From positions 22,441-86,440 of the forward strand of contig JAOPXU010000315.1 of NCBI GenBank assembly GCA_025964985.1: a DNA stretch of 64,000 bases. The letters run 5' to 3'. Of the stretch, positions 10,308 through 19,299 are shown in pieces (positions within the stretch are counted from its first letter, which is position 1; every line of letters starts with the position of its first letter). The translations under genes and the position numbers were made by a program. The notes under the pieces are model-generated. The model worked only from the letters and a program-made list of their open reading frames with translations. It did not search any database and had not been told where the DNA came from. This DNA is from Nocardioides sp. Its GTDB lineage: Bacteria > Actinomycetota > Actinomycetes > Propionibacteriales > Nocardioidaceae.

Positions 10308-11135
10308 TCAGTCCATCCCCAGCGGTCCGGCCGACTCGCCCGCCAGGAACTGGCGCACGAACGGGTCGTCGCTGGCGAACGCCTCTTCGGCGTCGCCGTA
10401 GTGGACGAGCTTGCCCTGCCAGATCATGCCGACGTAGTCGCTGCACGAGCGCGCGGCGGAGATGTTGTGCGTGACCAGCAGGTAGGTGCCGCCGTGCTCG
10501 GCGTGCATCTGCTGGATGAGGTCGCACAGCAGGCTGGTGCGGACCGGGTCGAGACCTGAGTCGGGCTCGTCGAAGAGCACGATGTCGGGGTTCATGATCA
10601 GGCCACGGGCGAACCCGGCGCGCTTGCGCATGCCGCCGGACACCTCGGTCGGCAGCTTGTGGGCCGAGCGTTCGAGGCCGACCTCCTGGAGCCGGGTCAT
10701 CACGAGGTCGGCGATCTCGTCCTCGCGCATGTCGGTGTGCTTGCGCAGGGGGAACGCGACGTTGTCGTAGATGTTCATCGAGCCGAACAGGGCGCCGTCC
10801 TGGAACAGCACGCCGAAGCGCTTGCGCAGCTCGTAGCGCTCGGCCTCGGTGGCCTTCCAGATGTCCTGGCCGAAGACGAGCACCTCGCCCTGGTCGGGCT
10901 CGAGGAGGCCGACGAGGTGCTTGAGCAGCACGCTCTTGCCGGTGCCGGACGGGCCGAGCACGGTGGTGATGGCGTCGTCGACGAACTCGATGTCGAGTCC
11001 TTGGAGGACCTTGAAGTCACCGAACTGCTTGTGCAGGTTGCGCACCTGCATCGTCGCGGTGCGGGGCGCCGGTGCGGGCGTGGTGAGGCCGGCGCCGCCG
11101 ACTGCGGGCGCGAGGTCGACGAGGGTGGTGTCCAT
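10308..11135 (-). CDS. Mce-system ABC ATPase (Mkl/MceG/MlaF type)
   Basis: Walker A GPSGTGKS, FGVLFQDGALFGSM, signature VSGGMRKR, Walker B IVLFDEPDSGLDP. Confidence 0.93.
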   Translation of the reverse strand: MDTTLVDLAPAVGGAGLTTPAPAPRTATMQVRNLHKQFGDFKVLQGLDIEFVDDAITTVLGPSGTGKSVLLKHLVGLLEPDQGEVLVFGQDIWKATEAERYELRKRFGVLFQDGALFGSMNIYDNVAFPLRKHTDMREDEIADLVMTRLQEVGLERSAHKLPTEVSGGMRKRAGFARGLIMNPDIVLFDEPDSGLDPVRTSLLCDLIQQMHAEHGGTYLLVTHNISAARSCSDYVGMIWQGKLVHYGDAEEAFASDDPFVRQFLAGESAGPLGMD

Positions 11136-11204
11136 GACAGAACTCCTGGGGAGACGAGCGGTGACGAGACGGGAGGGACCGGGCAGCGAGCAGCGTCGAG
11201 GTCG

Positions 11205-12071
11205 CTAATTGGCGATCGGCGCGTTGGGCGAGAGGCCCCAGAAGAGCTGTGTGGTCAGGAGTCCGATCACGTGGATCAGGACCATGTTGACCATCATCGA
11301 CTTGGCGGTGTTGATGCCCACCCCGACCGGCCCGCCGCGTGCGGTGTAGCCGTAGTAGGTGCCGACGAGCACGATCACCGTGCCCATCAACATCACCTTG
11401 ACCAGGGAGTAGGCGAAGTCGAGCGGGTTCTGGAACAGCCAGAAGATCAGGGAATACCCGCCGGGTGAGACGCTGCCGTACTGGAAGACGACGACCAGCC
11501 ACTGGGAGAGGTACATGAATCCCAGGCCGACGAAGTAGAGGAACGGCATCGCGATCCAGGCGGCGACCAGGCGGGTGCCGATGAGGTAGGGACGGGACTT
11601 GATGCCCATGACCTCCATCGCGTCGATCTCCTCGGCGATGCGCATCGAGCCGATCTCGGCGACCAGGCCGCAGCCCACCTTGGCCGCCAGGATGTAGCCC
11701 CACATGTAGGGAGCCATCTCGCGCAGGCTGCAGTAGGAGGTGAAGACACCGGAGTAGAGGGGTGCGCCGATCGCACGCAGCGTGTAGTTGGCCTCGGTCC
11801 CGCACACGGTCCCGATGACGAACTCCATCATCCAGATGATCAGCCCGCTGGCGAGGATGAGGATGCCGCACTGCCGGATGACTTCGGTGGTGTAGAGGCG
11901 CACCTGGGGCAGCTCACGGAAGGTCTGCGCCGAGAACTGGGCGATCTCACCGGCGGTCGCGAAACCGGCCCTGATGCTGGAGGCGACCGAGGACATGCTG
12001 ACCTCGATGTCCTCCTTCTGCGGAGGGGCCGGCGGTGGGGGCGTGGGCGGGCGTTCGTCGAAGAGCGTCAT
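11205..12071 (-). CDS. yrbE: YrbE/MlaE permease (B subunit)
   Basis: AEIGSMRIAEEIDAMEVMGI and GYTARGGPVGVG motifs. Confidence 0.92.
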   Translation of the reverse strand: MTLFDERPPTPPPPAPPQKEDIEVSMSSVASSIRAGFATAGEIAQFSAQTFRELPQVRLYTTEVIRQCGILILASGLIIWMMEFVIGTVCGTEANYTLRAIGAPLYSGVFTSYCSLREMAPYMWGYILAAKVGCGLVAEIGSMRIAEEIDAMEVMGIKSRPYLIGTRLVAAWIAMPFLYFVGLGFMYLSQWLVVVFQYGSVSPGGYSLIFWLFQNPLDFAYSLVKVMLMGTVIVLVGTYYGYTARGGPVGVGINTAKSMMVNMVLIHVIGLLTTQLFWGLSPNAPIAN

Positions 12072-12087
12072 GGGAGCACATGCCCTC

Positions 12088-12963
12088 TTACTTGTAGACC
12101 TGCATGTCGGGGTTGAGCCCGAGCAGGATCGAGGTGAACAGCGTGTTGATGATGAAGATGGCGGCGAAAGAGATCACGACCGCGTGGTTGACCGCGCGAC
12201 CCACGCCCATCGGTCCGCCCTGGACCGTGAGGCCCTTGTAGCAACAGACGATCGCGATCACGAGGCCGAAGAGGGTCGTCTTGACGACGCTGCCCCACAG
12301 GTCGGTGACCGTTGCGTTGGCGAAGAAGCTCGAGAAGAACGCGCCCGACTCGGCGCCGAGGATCGGGACGGCGGCGAGGTAGCCGCCGACGATGCCGAAG
12401 CTCAGCGCGACCAGGTCGAGCAGGCCGGTGATGATGGTGACGGCGATGACTCGCGGGACGATGAGATCGCGGATCGGGTCGATCCCGAGGACCTCCATGG
12501 CATCGATCTCCTCGCGGATCTTACGGGCGCCGAGGTCGGCGGTCATGGCGGCGCCGACGACGCCGGCGACGACCATGGCGTTGATCCACGGGGCGAACTC
12601 GCGGACGCTGGCCATGATGAAGAAGGATCCGAGACGCTCGGGGATGCCGAAGAGGTTGTAGATGTTGCCGCCCTGCAGGCCGGGAGCGCCGAAGCCGAAG
12701 GCCACCGTGGAGATGGCCATCGGGATCCAGCAGAGCTTGAGCATGCTGTACATCTGGTCGCGCACCTGGCCCCAGTAGCCGATGGGGTGACGCACCGCGC
12801 TGACCACGACGACGACCAGGAGCATGCCCATCTCGCCGGCGGGGGTGAAGACCAAGCTCACGACCTTTGGGACCCGCCGGGGGGACGAGTGGACGCGCGG
12901 CGGCCTGCCTCCCGCGGGTGGCTTGCCTCCCGTGGTGATCGGGGGCGGGATGGTCGCCGTCAT
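12088..12963 (-). CDS. yrbE: YrbE/MlaE permease (A subunit)
   Basis: ADLGARKIREEIDAMEVLGIDP and YKGLTVQGGPMGVGRAV motifs; ATG at 12963 preceded by GGAGG. Confidence 0.92.
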   Translation of the reverse strand: MTATIPPPITTGGKPPAGGRPPRVHSSPRRVPKVVSLVFTPAGEMGMLLVVVVVSAVRHPIGYWGQVRDQMYSMLKLCWIPMAISTVAFGFGAPGLQGGNIYNLFGIPERLGSFFIMASVREFAPWINAMVVAGVVGAAMTADLGARKIREEIDAMEVLGIDPIRDLIVPRVIAVTIITGLLDLVALSFGIVGGYLAAVPILGAESGAFFSSFFANATVTDLWGSVVKTTLFGLVIAIVCCYKGLTVQGGPMGVGRAVNHAVVISFAAIFIINTLFTSILLGLNPDMQVYK

Positions 12964-13006
12964 GGCTGTCCTCCGTGTTCGACTGAACCGTGTGGTCCGC
13001 ATCACC

Positions 13007-13072
13007 AATCTCGGGCCACGGAGGGGGGGTGGGCATCCCCCCTCAGGCAGACCCGGGTCCCCCGTGTGGCCC
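13007..13072 (-). promoter_or_regulatory. Activator-type promoter of mce operon (tandem boxes + -10)
   Basis: Minus strand GGGCCACACGGGGGAC-CCGGG-TCTGCCTGAGGGGGGATG-N21-GAGATT; same geometry at four other promoters. Confidence 0.65.
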
Positions 13073-13217
13073 TGACCACTTCCGGTCAGCCGTGCCCGTC
13101 AGCCCGGATGCGCCGGCTCCGGGCCGGCAGCTCGCGTCCGCTCCCCGACCGGTCGCAGCGCGCGGATCGGCCGCACGGTCATAAGCGCGGACGGCGCCAG
13201 GGCGACGTCGAGAGGGG

Positions 13218-14453
13218 TCAGGCCGCGAGTTCCTTCAGGGTCACCGCGAGGTCGCCGATCCGGTCGGCCGTGACCGGGACGCCCTGGTCGATGAGCCTCT
13301 TGGCCACCATGAAGTCCGGCGAGCTGTTGACCGTCTCGGCAGCGACGACACGGTCCCCTGCGAGGTGGAAGACCGAGAAGCGGCCCGTTGCCGGATCACC
13401 TCGGACCACCGAGCGGGTGCCGGCCGCGACGAGCCCCGCGATCTTGATCTTGAGGTGGTACTGGTCGCTCCAGAACCACGGCACCTCGGGGCGCGGGGTG
13501 GGGGCACCCAGCAGGTGCGCCACGACGCACTTGGCCTGCTCGACGGCACTCGGGATGCTCTCGAGCCGGTGCCCACCCTCGAAGTGGTGCAGAGGGCGGC
13601 GCGTCACGTCGCCGATCGCGAAGACGGCGTCAGCCGAGGTCTGACCTGCGAGGTCGACGAGCACACCCTGGTCGCAGCTGATGCCCGCGGCGTCGGCGAG
13701 CGCCGTGCGCGGGACGGCGCCGACACCGACCAGGACCACGTCGCACGGGATGCGAGTGCCGTCGGCGAGCTCCACCGCGGCCACCGACCCACGGGCGTCG
13801 GGCAGCAGCGCCCCGACGTCGGCGCCGGTCAGGACCGTGGTGCCGTGGGCGGCGTGCTGGGTGGAGAGGAAGCTCGCGAGCTGCTGGCTGGCGACGCGGG
13901 CCAGGGCCCGCTCCTCGCGCTCCAGGACCGTCACGGCGCACCCGAGGTGGGACGCCGAGGCAGCGACCTCGAGACCGACGTAGCCCCCTCCGATGACGAC
14001 GAGGCGACGTCCGCGCTGCAGGCTCGCTCCGAGCGAGCGCGCGTCGTCGTGGCTGCGCAGGTAGTGCACGCCCGGCAGGTCCGCCCCCGGCGCGGGGAGC
14101 GCGCGGGGCGCGGCGCCGGTCGCCAGCACGAGGGCGTCGTAGTCGACCCGTGTGCCGTCGTCGAGGACCACCGTGCGCCCGCTGGTGTCGAGCGACGTCA
14201 CGGTCACCCCCCAGCGGGTCTCCACGCGCTGGGCTGCGTAGAAGTCCTCAGGCTTGATGAGCAGCTCGGTGTCGCCGATGGCTCCCTTGAGGTAGTCCTT
14301 GGAGAGCGGTGGTCGCTGGTAGGGCGGGCCCGGCTCGTCGCCCAGGAGGCAGATCTCGCCGGCGAAGCCCTGCTGGCGCAGCAGCGCAGCGACGTTGGCT
14401 CCGCCGTGCCCGGCTCCGACGACGACGACGCGACGGGGGTGGATCGGGTTCAT
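13218..14453 (-). CDS. NAD(P)H:ferredoxin reductase (putidaredoxin-reductase type)
   Basis: VVVVGAGHGG, PYQRPPLSK, VVIGGGYVGLE, VPWFWSDQY; start MNPIHPRR at 14453. Confidence 0.93.
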   Translation of the reverse strand: MNPIHPRRVVVVGAGHGGANVAALLRQQGFAGEICLLGDEPGPPYQRPPLSKDYLKGAIGDTELLIKPEDFYAAQRVETRWGVTVTSLDTSGRTVVLDDGTRVDYDALVLATGAAPRALPAPGADLPGVHYLRSHDDARSLGASLQRGRRLVVIGGGYVGLEVAASASHLGCAVTVLEREERALARVASQQLASFLSTQHAAHGTTVLTGADVGALLPDARGSVAAVELADGTRIPCDVVLVGVGAVPRTALADAAGISCDQGVLVDLAGQTSADAVFAIGDVTRRPLHHFEGGHRLESIPSAVEQAKCVVAHLLGAPTPRPEVPWFWSDQYHLKIKIAGLVAAGTRSVVRGDPATGRFSVFHLAGDRVVAAETVNSSPDFMVAKRLIDQGVPVTADRIGDLAVTLKELAA

Positions 14454-14485
14454 GTGCTCTCTCCTTCTGCAGGACGGGCCCTCGG

Positions 14486-14899
14486 TCAGCAGACCCACTG
14501 CGGAATTGCGCAGGCGTCCTTGCCGGCCACGAGGCCGCGGTAGAGGGGGAATATCGGCTCGAGGGCCGGCAGGATCTTCAGCACACGGCTCACGCGCCCC
14601 CGGGCGCGGATCGTGCCGTCGGCCAGGGCCCCGACCAAGGAGCACTCGCCGCGGAAGTAGCGGTCGAGCACGTCGGCCGGGCCGGTCAGCTCGACGTCGG
14701 CCAGGGCGCCGTCGTTCCAGCCCACCCGCACGGGGTCGCCCATGACGACCGTGAGCCGGCCGGTCGGGTCGTCGCAGATCAGGGCGAGCGTCATCGAGGC
14801 AGCCGCCAGCTGGGGACCGACGACGGGATGCACCGCGGCCAGGCGCAGGGCGCCACCGACGAAGCAGTCGACCTCGGCCGGGCTCGTGAAGTAGCTCAT
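14486..14899 (-). CDS. SCP2 sterol/lipid-binding domain protein
   Basis: 137 aa; ADVELTGPADVLDRYFRGECSLVGALADGTIRARG resembles SCP2 C-terminal motif. Confidence 0.7.
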   Translation of the reverse strand: MSYFTSPAEVDCFVGGALRLAAVHPVVGPQLAAASMTLALICDDPTGRLTVVMGDPVRVGWNDGALADVELTGPADVLDRYFRGECSLVGALADGTIRARGRVSRVLKILPALEPIFPLYRGLVAGKDACAIPQWVC

Positions 14900-14979
14900 G
14901 GACGCATCCGGTGCTCGCGGGGGACAGTCCGTGGTGCGGACTGCAGCAGGACGCCCCGGGGGACACACCGCCACCTCGG

Positions 14980-15046
14980 ACGATAGGGAGGGTCGCCGGT
15001 TGGGCGAATCAGCCGTGGGGCGGAGCGGCGTCCTCCGAAGGACGCC
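14980..15046 (-). promoter_or_regulatory. Activator-type promoter of SCP2-ferredoxin reductase unit
   Basis: GGCGTCCTTCGGAGGAC-GCCGC-TCCGCCCCACGGCTGATT-N21-TATCGT. Confidence 0.65.
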
Positions 15047-15079
15047 GGCCGCCAGGGGTGTCGCGAGGGGCCGACGTGG

Positions 15080-17437
15080 TCAGCGTGACGCCTCGCGCAC
15101 CGCGCTCCCGGGCGAACGGCGCTCCCCGACCCACGCTGCGATCTGCGAGCGGGAGTGGAAGCCGAGCTTGGTCAGGATGTTCTCGACGTGGCCCTCGGCC
15201 GTGCGCTGTGCGATGACCAGCCGCTCGGCGATCGCCTTGTTGGACAGGCCGTCGGCGACCAGGTGCGAGATCTCGTCCTCGCGCTTGGTGAGGCGCACGG
15301 TCGTGCGCTCGACCGCGGCCGTGGCCGGCCGCTCACGACCCATGGCGAGGGTGAACGCCTCCTCGCGGGGCATCTGCGCGCCGGACTTGTAGGCGGCGTC
15401 GTAGGCACGCCCCAGGTGCTTGCGGCACTGCTCCTCGGCCTGGCGCATCTGATCCAGCCAGTCGTCGGACCCGAAGAGGCGGGCGCCGAAGCTGTCCCAC
15501 AGGCTGGCCGCCGCCCCGAGCAGGACCGCACTCTCCTCGTAGCGCTCCGCGCCGGCCAGGGTCCAGGCCAGCAGGTCCATGGTGGTCGAGAGCCCGCAGA
15601 GGTCGCGGAAGAACCACTTGATCTCCAGCGCCTGCCGCGCCCAGCCGATGCTCGCGGCGGTGTCGCCCTCGATCTTCGCGACGAAGCCGCGCCCGAAGAG
15701 CGCGTAGGACAACAGCCAGCGCTCGCCGGTGACCTCGCAGACCTCGACGCACAGGTCGAACTGCTCCTGGGACCGGGCGAGGTCTCCGAGGAAGAGGTGG
15801 GCCAGCCCCAGCTGCACCCGCAGACCGATGACGTAGTCGTCACCGACGTCGGCACGCTGGTAGAGGGGCAACGCCTCGAGGAGCAGGTCGACACAGGCCG
15901 CGGGGTCCTGGAACAGGGCGCACAGCCCTGAGATGTGCGTGGTGTAGGCCAGGTTGGCGACGTCGTCCAGGTCGCCCGCGATGCGGCGCCCCTCGGTGGA
16001 GGCCTCCTCGGCGCGGGTGCGGTCACCTTGCAGCGAGGCGACGTAGGTCAGCGTGGCCAGGGCTCGCGCACGCGAGCTGCTGGGTTCGAGGCACGCCGCC
16101 ACGATGCGCTCGAGCCAGTGCCGGCCTTCGTCGAGGAACAGCGCGATCCACAAGAACCAAGGTCGTCCCAGCAGGTCGAGGCCGCGGACGTGGCACTGGT
16201 CGTGCTGGAGGCAGTGCTCGGCAGCCGCCCTGATGTTGGCGCGCTCCAGGCGCAGCACCACGCACCAGCGCTCCTGGAGCGGGCCGAACCACTGCAGGCT
16301 CGCCTGGGTGATGAGGTCCTCGCACCAGGCGAGCTGGCGATGCACGACGTCATCCATGGCTTCCTCGGCGGTCAGCCGACGCAGGCCGTGCTCGCGCAGG
16401 GGCTCGAGCAGCTTGAAGCGGACGTGGCCGTCGACCTCGGTCCGCGAGAGCACCGACTTGTCGACCAGTCCCTCCACGGAGTCGAGCACGACGTCTCGAG
16501 GCAGCGAGTCGTCGGCGCACACCCACTCGGCTGCCTCGATGCCGAACCCGCCCGCGAAGATCGAACTGCGTGCCCAGAGCAGGCGCTCGTCGGGGGTGCA
16601 CAGCTCATAGGACCAGTCGATGGTCGCCTCGATGGTGCGGTGGCGGGAGGGCCCGGTGCGCCCGGGCTGCCGCAGCACCTGCAGCCGGGCGTCAAGACGC
16701 TGGACGAGGTCCTCCAGCCCCAGCACGCGCAGCTTGACCGCGGCGAGCTCGATGGCCAGCGGGATGCCCTCCAGCCGTCGGCACAGCTCGGCGGCGAGGG
16801 CCTGGTTGTCGGCGGTGAGCTCGAAGCCGGGCACGGCGGCGGCGGCGCGCTCGCGGAACAGGGCCAACGAGGGGTACAGTTCCACCCCGCCGCTCTCCAG
16901 GTCGCCGTCGGGCGGCACCGGGAGGGGCAGGACGGGTACGACCGCCTCCCCCGGCACCCCGAGGACCTGGCGGCTCGTGGCGACGATGCGCAGGTCGGGT
17001 GAGTGGCGCAGCAGCTCGTCGGCCAGGGCCGCGACGTCCTCGAGCAGGTGCTCGCAGTTGTCGAGGAACAGCACGACCTTGCGATCACGCACGTGGTGCA
17101 GGACCTGGACCCACGTGTCGCGTCCCGGCGCGACGTCGTCGAGCTCCAGAGCGTCGGACACGGCCTGGTGCAGGAGCGAGGGGTCGCGGAGGTCGGCCAG
17201 CTCGATCCACGCCAGGTCGTCGGGGTTGGTGCGCGCGATCTCACGAGCAACGCGCAGCGCCAGCCGGGTCTTGCCGACACCGCCGAACCCCGTGAGCGTG
17301 ACGAGGCGCGCCTCGCCCAGCAGCCGCTTGACCCGAGCCAGCTCGGCGCGACGACCTTCGAAGCTGGTCAGGTCACCGGGGAGACGCCACTCGCGCCTGC
17401 GGCGGGGTTCGGGGCAGGAAGGAGCACGACCCGTCAT
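15080..17437 (-). CDS. ATPase (NB-ARC-like)-TPR-LuxR transcriptional regulator
   Basis: LTSFEGR, GFGGVGKTRLA, LDNCEHL, LEGIPLAIELAA, C-terminal HTH LTKREDEISHLVADGLSNKAIAERLVIAQRTAEGHV; start 17437 or 17446. Confidence 0.92.
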   Translation of the reverse strand: MTGRAPSCPEPRRRREWRLPGDLTSFEGRRAELARVKRLLGEARLVTLTGFGGVGKTRLALRVAREIARTNPDDLAWIELADLRDPSLLHQAVSDALELDDVAPGRDTWVQVLHHVRDRKVVLFLDNCEHLLEDVAALADELLRHSPDLRIVATSRQVLGVPGEAVVPVLPLPVPPDGDLESGGVELYPSLALFRERAAAAVPGFELTADNQALAAELCRRLEGIPLAIELAAVKLRVLGLEDLVQRLDARLQVLRQPGRTGPSRHRTIEATIDWSYELCTPDERLLWARSSIFAGGFGIEAAEWVCADDSLPRDVVLDSVEGLVDKSVLSRTEVDGHVRFKLLEPLREHGLRRLTAEEAMDDVVHRQLAWCEDLITQASLQWFGPLQERWCVVLRLERANIRAAAEHCLQHDQCHVRGLDLLGRPWFLWIALFLDEGRHWLERIVAACLEPSSSRARALATLTYVASLQGDRTRAEEASTEGRRIAGDLDDVANLAYTTHISGLCALFQDPAACVDLLLEALPLYQRADVGDDYVIGLRVQLGLAHLFLGDLARSQEQFDLCVEVCEVTGERWLLSYALFGRGFVAKIEGDTAASIGWARQALEIKWFFRDLCGLSTTMDLLAWTLAGAERYEESAVLLGAAASLWDSFGARLFGSDDWLDQMRQAEEQCRKHLGRAYDAAYKSGAQMPREEAFTLAMGRERPATAAVERTTVRLTKREDEISHLVADGLSNKAIAERLVIAQRTAEGHVENILTKLGFHSRSQIAAWVGERRSPGSAVREASR

Positions 17438-17519
17438 CGCGAACACCTCGTCCCGTGTTGGCGCCGTGCCGCACCGACGACGGGCGAGCCTGGCGCAATT
17501 ATCAGACCATAGAACCAGA

Positions 17520-17542
17520 TACCTGGAAACCGGGTCCAGGTA
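17520..17542. promoter_or_regulatory. Perfect inverted repeat between divergent regulators
   Basis: TACCTGGA-AACCGGG-TCCAGGTA. Confidence 0.6.
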
Positions 17543-17639
17543 GCCCGCGCGGAGCTTCCACGTAGTCGTGGCTCCCGTTCCGGAGGAGGGTGACGCTGAT
17601 CACAGACTCGTTCCCCCCCACCTGAGCAAGGAGGATCGC

Positions 17640-18692
17640 GTGACCGTCATGCTCCCCGTGTCACCCGCCCCGACCGTCCTGAACTCCCGCACCACCACCC
17701 TGCGCGCTGTGCCGGCTCGACCGGGCCGACCGGCCCGAGCCACCGTCCAGGCGCCGGACAAGGCGCCCGCAGAGGCGCCGGACAGCGCACCGAACGCCGA
17801 CCGCGTCCCACCCGACGGCGCCGACATGCTGCGTCTGATGTCGCATGCCCTGGCGGACCTCGCCAGCTCGAAGTCGCTCGAGCAGCTCGTCGACCGCGTG
17901 CCCACGGCATTGTGCCGGGTCGGCTTCGACCGAGCGATGGTCTCGCGGGTCGCCGACGCACACTGGGTGGTCGAGCGCTTCCACAGCGAGGTCGACCCTG
18001 CGGGTGCGGCGTTGATCACCGAGGCTGCGCGCAACGAACCGCTGCTGCTGAACCCGTCGATCCTGGAGCTCGAGATGGTCCGCCGGCGCGTCGCCATCTT
18101 GGTGCCCGACGTCAGCAGGGAGCCGCGCGTCCACCCCCAGCTCGCTGAGATGACCCGCTCGTCCTCCTACGTCGCCGCCCCGATCATGCCCCACGGCGAG
18201 GTCGTGGGGTTCCTGCACGCGGACCGCCTCGACGGCCGGCCCGTCACGGCGTTCGACCGTGAGGTCATCACCTTGTTCGCGCACCACTTCAGCGCCCTGG
18301 TCCGCACCGCGTGGCTCGAGGAGAGCTTTAAACGGCTGCGCGGCACCGTCGACCACCTGCGCGAGTCGCTCGGCGGCATGGTCGAGGGGTGCGTCCGTGG
18401 TGACGTCGGCCTCGCGCGCCAGGCCGAGGAGGCGGTCAGCGCCGGCGCGGCGCCGGGCCAGCACCTCGCCCAGTCGATGCTCGTCGGCTCGCCGGGCGTC
18501 GACGAGCTCTTGTCGACCCGCGAGCGGGAAGTGCTGCGCCTGATGGCCGTGGGCGAGACCAACACCCGCATCGCCAGCCGGCTGGTCATCTCGGAGGGCA
18601 CGGTCAAGTCTCACGTCCGCCACATCCTGCGCAAGCTCAACGCCTCCAACCGCGCCGAGGCAGTCTGCCGCTGGTTGCAGAAGCCTGCTTGA
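17640..18692 (+). CDS. GAF-domain LuxR-family transcriptional activator
   Basis: GFDRAMVSRV...SYVAAPIMPHGEVVGFLHAD GAF; HTH LSTREREVLRLMAVGETNTRIASRLVISEGTVKSHV; GTG at 17640 after AAGGAGG. Confidence 0.9.
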   Translation: MTVMLPVSPAPTVLNSRTTTLRAVPARPGRPARATVQAPDKAPAEAPDSAPNADRVPPDGADMLRLMSHALADLASSKSLEQLVDRVPTALCRVGFDRAMVSRVADAHWVVERFHSEVDPAGAALITEAARNEPLLLNPSILELEMVRRRVAILVPDVSREPRVHPQLAEMTRSSSYVAAPIMPHGEVVGFLHADRLDGRPVTAFDREVITLFAHHFSALVRTAWLEESFKRLRGTVDHLRESLGGMVEGCVRGDVGLARQAEEAVSAGAAPGQHLAQSMLVGSPGVDELLSTREREVLRLMAVGETNTRIASRLVISEGTVKSHVRHILRKLNASNRAEAVCRWLQKPA

Positions 18693-18700
18693 CGCCGCGT

Positions 18701-18817
18701 CGAGGCCCCGGGGACCGATCACGGCTCCGGGGCCTCGTCACGTCCGACCGGCCGCTGCCGCACACGCGGGCCCAGGACCGGGCGAAGGCCCCGGAGTCGA
18801 GACCGACTCCGGGGCCT
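18701..18817. terminator. Two related GC-rich hairpins between convergent genes
   Basis: CGAGGCCCCGG...CCGGGGCCTCG (18701-18737) and AGGCCCCGGAGTCG-AGAC-CGACTCCGGGGCCT (18786-18817). Confidence 0.6.
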
Positions 18818-18911
18818 GGGGCCGTGACGCCCGGGGCGAGCGGGCCTGGCAGGGCCACTCGCGCCTCGTCGTCCACCAGCGGAGGCGGTGGACGGAGGAC
18901 AGTTGAGTGGG

Positions 18912-19226
18912 TCAGTCCCCGGGAACGGCGACGCGCACGCCGTCGTGGGAGGCGTCCACGAACAGCTGGCACGCCAGGCGCGACGTGGGCTGGACGCCGT
19001 CGGCGAACTCGAGCAGCTCGCGCTCCTCGTCGGTCGCCTCGTCGAACCGATCGGCCCAGGCGGCGTCGAGGTGGACGTGGCAGGTGGCGCAGCTGCAGCT
19101 CCCGCCGCACTCGGCGACGATGCCGGGCAGGTTGTTGCGGACCGAGCCGTCCATGATGCTCTGTCCGAGGGGGACGTCGACGGTCTGCTCGCTGCCGTCG
19201 GCGAGGGTGTAGATGACGGTGGGCAC
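18912..19226 (-). CDS. [2Fe-2S] ferredoxin (putidaredoxin/terpredoxin type)
   Basis: ECGGSCSCATCHV and SRLACQ motifs. Confidence 0.95.
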   Translation of the reverse strand: MPTVIYTLADGSEQTVDVPLGQSIMDGSVRNNLPGIVAECGGSCSCATCHVHLDAAWADRFDEATDEERELLEFADGVQPTSRLACQLFVDASHDGVRVAVPGD

Positions 19227-19299
19227 GGGCTGCTCCTGGGGTTCGGTACCGGCAGGTCAGCCGTCGAGGGGACGACTGACCCGCCCTGGACGGGTGCGG

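Noticed and set aside
232-12963. Cholesterol (Mce4/KstR) catabolic locus
   Set aside because: No kstD, hsa, ksh or CYP125-type genes were seen; the P450 is CYP108-like. Sterol use cannot be fully excluded from this window alone
13021-13044. G-run/C-run hairpin upstream of yrbE as riboswitch or terminator
   Set aside because: Better explained as the proximal activator box plus promoter spacer; it lies upstream of the predicted TSS
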